Source: Gammaproteobacteria bacterium (GTDB taxonomy: Bacteria; Pseudomonadota; Gammaproteobacteria; GCA-001735895). Taken from it: DNA of 31,006 nt. Of this stretch, positions 28,335-31,006 are shown in pieces. The stretch is taken from positions 1 to 31,006 of the forward strand of contig JBNKUM010000005.1 in NCBI GenBank assembly GCA_050298595.1, written 5' to 3'. A program made the position numbers and the translations under genes. The first letter of the stretch is position 1; the number at the start of each line of letters is the position of its first letter. The notes under the pieces are model-generated. The model was not told the DNA's origin and did not search any database. It saw only the letters and a list, made by a program, of their open reading frames with translations.

Positions 28335-28844
28335 ATGTCTTTGCTCCACTCTTTCCAGCCGATTATCGGTCAACAGCCCAAGGTCCTGATTCTCGGCAGC
28401 ATGCCTGGTGTGAAATCTCTGCAGGATCAACAATATTATGCCCACCCCAGAAATACCTTCTGGCCAATCATGGCAGAGCTTTTCTCAATCGAGTGGTCCG
28501 ACTGTTATGCAAGGCGGGTTGATCAAATCAGGCAGTTTCCTGTGATCCTGTGGGATGTGCTACAGAGCTGTCATAGAGAAGGTAGTCTTGATTCGAATAT
28601 TCGTCAAGATCAATTGCAGGCCAATGCTATACCTCAGTTGTTACTCGATTATCCGACTGTATCGCTAATAGCATTTAATGGAGCTACGTCGGAAAAAATG
28701 TTTAAACAGCATGTGATGAATCAAATTTCACACCCTGACCGATATACTCTGCTACGATTGCCCTCTAGCAGTCCAGCGCATGCGGGGAAAAGCTTTCAGC
28801 AGAAATTATCCGAATGGTCGGTGATACAACAATTCTGTAATTAA
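28335..28844 (+). CDS. DNA-deoxyinosine glycosylase (UDG family 6/HDG)
   Basis: LILGSMPG..SL..QQYYAHPRN.FW, LWDVL, GSLDS.I, FNG, LPSSSPAHA. Confidence 0.88.
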   Translation: MSLLHSFQPIIGQQPKVLILGSMPGVKSLQDQQYYAHPRNTFWPIMAELFSIEWSDCYARRVDQIRQFPVILWDVLQSCHREGSLDSNIRQDQLQANAIPQLLLDYPTVSLIAFNGATSEKMFKQHVMNQISHPDRYTLLRLPSSSPAHAGKSFQQKLSEWSVIQQFCN

Positions 28845-28877
28845 CTTCCTGCTAGCCCTTTTTCTATTAAGAAATCG

Positions 28878-28886
28878 TGATAGAAT
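28878..28886 (+). promoter_or_regulatory. Extended -10 promoter upstream of fusA
   Basis: TGaTAGAAT followed by a GC-rich discriminator-like sequence (atgcgccgg). Confidence 0.45.
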
Positions 28887-29063
28887 ATGCGCCGGTAAGA
28901 ACTCCGCCGACCAAAATTACCTTTGAAATCAATATGTTAAGGTTTCTGGCATGTTATATGGTGACCAGGATTGGGGTGGTATTCACTGAATTTTACCGTT
29001 GTTGCCCTGAAAAAGTGGTAATGGCGGCCTGATTTTTATAACCTTTTTTATTAGAGAACGACT

Positions 29064-31006
29064 ATGGCAGACCTAGATCACTATCGGAACATAGGTATTT
29101 TCGCTCACGTTGATGCAGGCAAAACAACGACTACTGAACGTATCCTGAAGTTGACCGGTAAAGTACATAAAACCGGTGAAGTACACGACGGTGAGGCGAC
29201 CACTGATTTTATGGATCAGGAACGCGAGCGAGGTATCACCATTCAGTCAGCGGCTACCAGCTGTTATTGGAAAGATCACCGTTTTAATATCATCGACACC
29301 CCTGGACACGTTGACTTTACTATCGAAGTTTATCGTTCCCTGAAAGTACTTGACGGCGGCGTTGGCGTTTTCTGTGGTTCTGGCGGTGTTGAGCCTCAGT
29401 CAGAAACCAACTGGCGCTATGCCAATGACTCTGAGGTCGCACGTGTAATTCTGGTCAATAAACTGGATCGTCTGGGTGCTGATTTTTACCGAGTAGTTGA
29501 TCAGGTTGAAAACGTATTGGGTGCGAACCCTCTGGTCATGGTGTTACCGATTGGTATCGAAGACGATTTCGTGGGTGTTGTTGATCTACTAACTCGTAAA
29601 GCCTGGGTGTGGGATGAATCTGGACTGCCAGAGAATTACACTCTGGAAGACGTGCCTGCAGACATGGTCGACAAGGTTGAACAATATCGTGAAGAGCTGA
29701 TTGAAAAAGCACTAGAGCAGGATGACGAACTGCTGGAAGCCTATCTGGAAGGTGAAGAGCCGTCTATTGAAGACATTAAGCGTTGTATCCGCAAAGGCAC
29801 AATTGCGCTGGACTTCTTCCCCACTTACTGTGGTTCTGCATTTAAGAACAAGGGTATACAGCTGGTACTGGATGCCGTTGTTGATTATCTGCCTAGCCCT
29901 ACAGAAGTAAAGCCTCAGCCTATCGTTGATCTGGAAGGTAATGAAACTGGTGACGTTGCAACCGTTTCTGTAGACGAGCCTCTACGCGCCTTAACCTTCA
30001 AGGTTATGGATGATCGCTTTGGTGCGCTTTACTTTACTCGTATCTACTCAGGTAAACTGGAAAAAGGTTCAACCGTATTAAATACTGCGACAGGTAAAAC
30101 CGAGCGTATCGGCCGTATGGTTGAAATGCACGCTGATTCGCGTGAAGAAATTTCAACTGCACATGCAGGAGACATTATTGCGATTGTTGGTCTGAAAAAT
30201 GTTCAGACTGGACACACGCTCTGTGACCCTAACCATCCTGCAACTCTGGAACCAATGATATTTCCTGATCCGGTTATCTCGATTGCTATCAAGCCAAAAG
30301 ATAAGAGTGCTTCTGAAAAAATGGGTATCGCTCTAGCCAAGATGATTGCAGAAGATCCATCGTTTCGTGTAGAGACCGATGAAGACTCTGGAGAAACCAT
30401 CATCAAGGGTATGGGTGAATTACACCTGGATATCAAGGTGGATATTCTACGTCGTACACATAATGTTGATGTTGAAGTGGGTAAGCCTCAGGTTGCTTAT
30501 CGTGAAACGATTACACAGCGCGTTGAAGACAGTTACACCCATAAGAAACAGTCTGGTGGTTCTGGTCAGTTTGGTAAGATCGATTACGTGGTTGAACCGG
30601 GTGAGCCAGGTTCAGGCTACATCTTTGAGTCTAAGGTAACTGGTGGTAACGTTCCTCGTGAATACTGGCCTGCAGTAGAAAAAGGCTTCAAGATGATGAT
30701 GGAAGAAGGTGTACTTGCAGGCTTCCCTCTGCTGGACGTAAAGGTAACCCTGATGGATGGTGGATTCCATGCTGTTGACTCCTCGGCAATTGCATTCGAA
30801 ATTGCGGCTAAGGGTGGTTATCGTCAGACTATTCCTAAGGCTTCACCTCAGTTGATTGAACCCATCATGAAAGTCGATGTGTTTACTCCAGAAGATCACG
30901 TGGGTGATGTTATCGGTGACCTTAATCGTCGCCGTGGCATGATCAAGTCACAGGAACCAGGTCCAACCGGCGTACGTATCAAGGCGGAAGCTCCTCTGTC
31001 AGATAT
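29064..31006 (+). CDS. fusA: Elongation factor G, stand-alone paralog (3'-truncated by window end; absent from the ORF track)
   Basis: Manual translation: [32 protein letters not shown]...[10 protein letters not shown]...[10 protein letters not shown]...NKLD...GMGELHLDI...PQVAYRE...[10 protein letters not shown]...FHAVDSS. Confidence 0.96.
   Translation, partial: MADLDHYRNIGIFAHVDAGKTTTTERILKLTGKVHKTGEVHDGEATTDFMDQERERGITIQSAATSCYWKDHRFNIIDTPGHVDFTIEVYRSLKVLDGGVGVFCGSGGVEPQSETNWRYANDSEVARVILVNKLDRLGADFYRVVDQVENVLGANPLVMVLPIGIEDDFVGVVDLLTRKAWVWDESGLPENYTLEDVPADMVDKVEQYREELIEKALEQDDELLEAYLEGEEPSIEDIKRCIRKGTIALDFFPTYCGSAFKNKGIQLVLDAVVDYLPSPTEVKPQPIVDLEGNETGDVATVSVDEPLRALTFKVMDDRFGALYFTRIYSGKLEKGSTVLNTATGKTERIGRMVEMHADSREEISTAHAGDIIAIVGLKNVQTGHTLCDPNHPATLEPMIFPDPVISIAIKPKDKSASEKMGIALAKMIAEDPSFRVETDEDSGETIIKGMGELHLDIKVDILRRTHNVDVEVGKPQVAYRETITQRVEDSYTHKKQSGGSGQFGKIDYVVEPGEPGSGYIFESKVTGGNVPREYWPAVEKGFKMMMEEGVLAGFPLLDVKVTLMDGGFHAVDSSAIAFEIAAKGGYRQTIPKASPQLIEPIMKVDVFTPEDHVGDVIGDLNRRRGMIKSQEPGPTGVRIKAEAPLSD

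Noticed and set aside
29722-30639. Small ORFs 29722-29910, 30203-30436 and 30379-30639
   Set aside because: They are alternate-frame or antisense shadows inside fusA. The same applies to the other short ORFs nested within long genes.

Overview
A 31 kb window from a gammaproteobacterium; gene content and order suggest a marine or sediment lineage, which is an inference. The left ~18 kb is an accessory cell-surface region. It begins with a 5'-truncated giant surface protein carrying near-identical 696-bp Ig-type tandem units and 18 beta-propeller-like blades. Next come a membrane Ser/Thr kinase with TPR-like repeats, a small exported Gly-tailed protein, and a divergent methionine gamma-lyase/Lrp pair. 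These are followed by a ~1170-aa lipoprotein with a PKD-like domain and 39 heme-c motifs (38 CXXCH plus one CX3CH), and a Big_2/invasin-type Ig-repeat lipoprotein. Scattered among these genes are an IS5-family transposase remnant, ERIC/Correia-like stem-loop elements, and a truncated DUF302 gene. The right ~13 kb is housekeeping: DUF502, an HExxH protein, TetR, mazG, amgK-murU, cca, an NDUFA9-like SDR, rhlB-trxA-rho, a family-6 UDG, and a stand-alone fusA paralog running off the end. The best candidate for a novel system is the porin-less 39-heme surface lipoprotein next to Ig-repeat surface proteins, a possible surface-anchored electron wire plus adhesin module.
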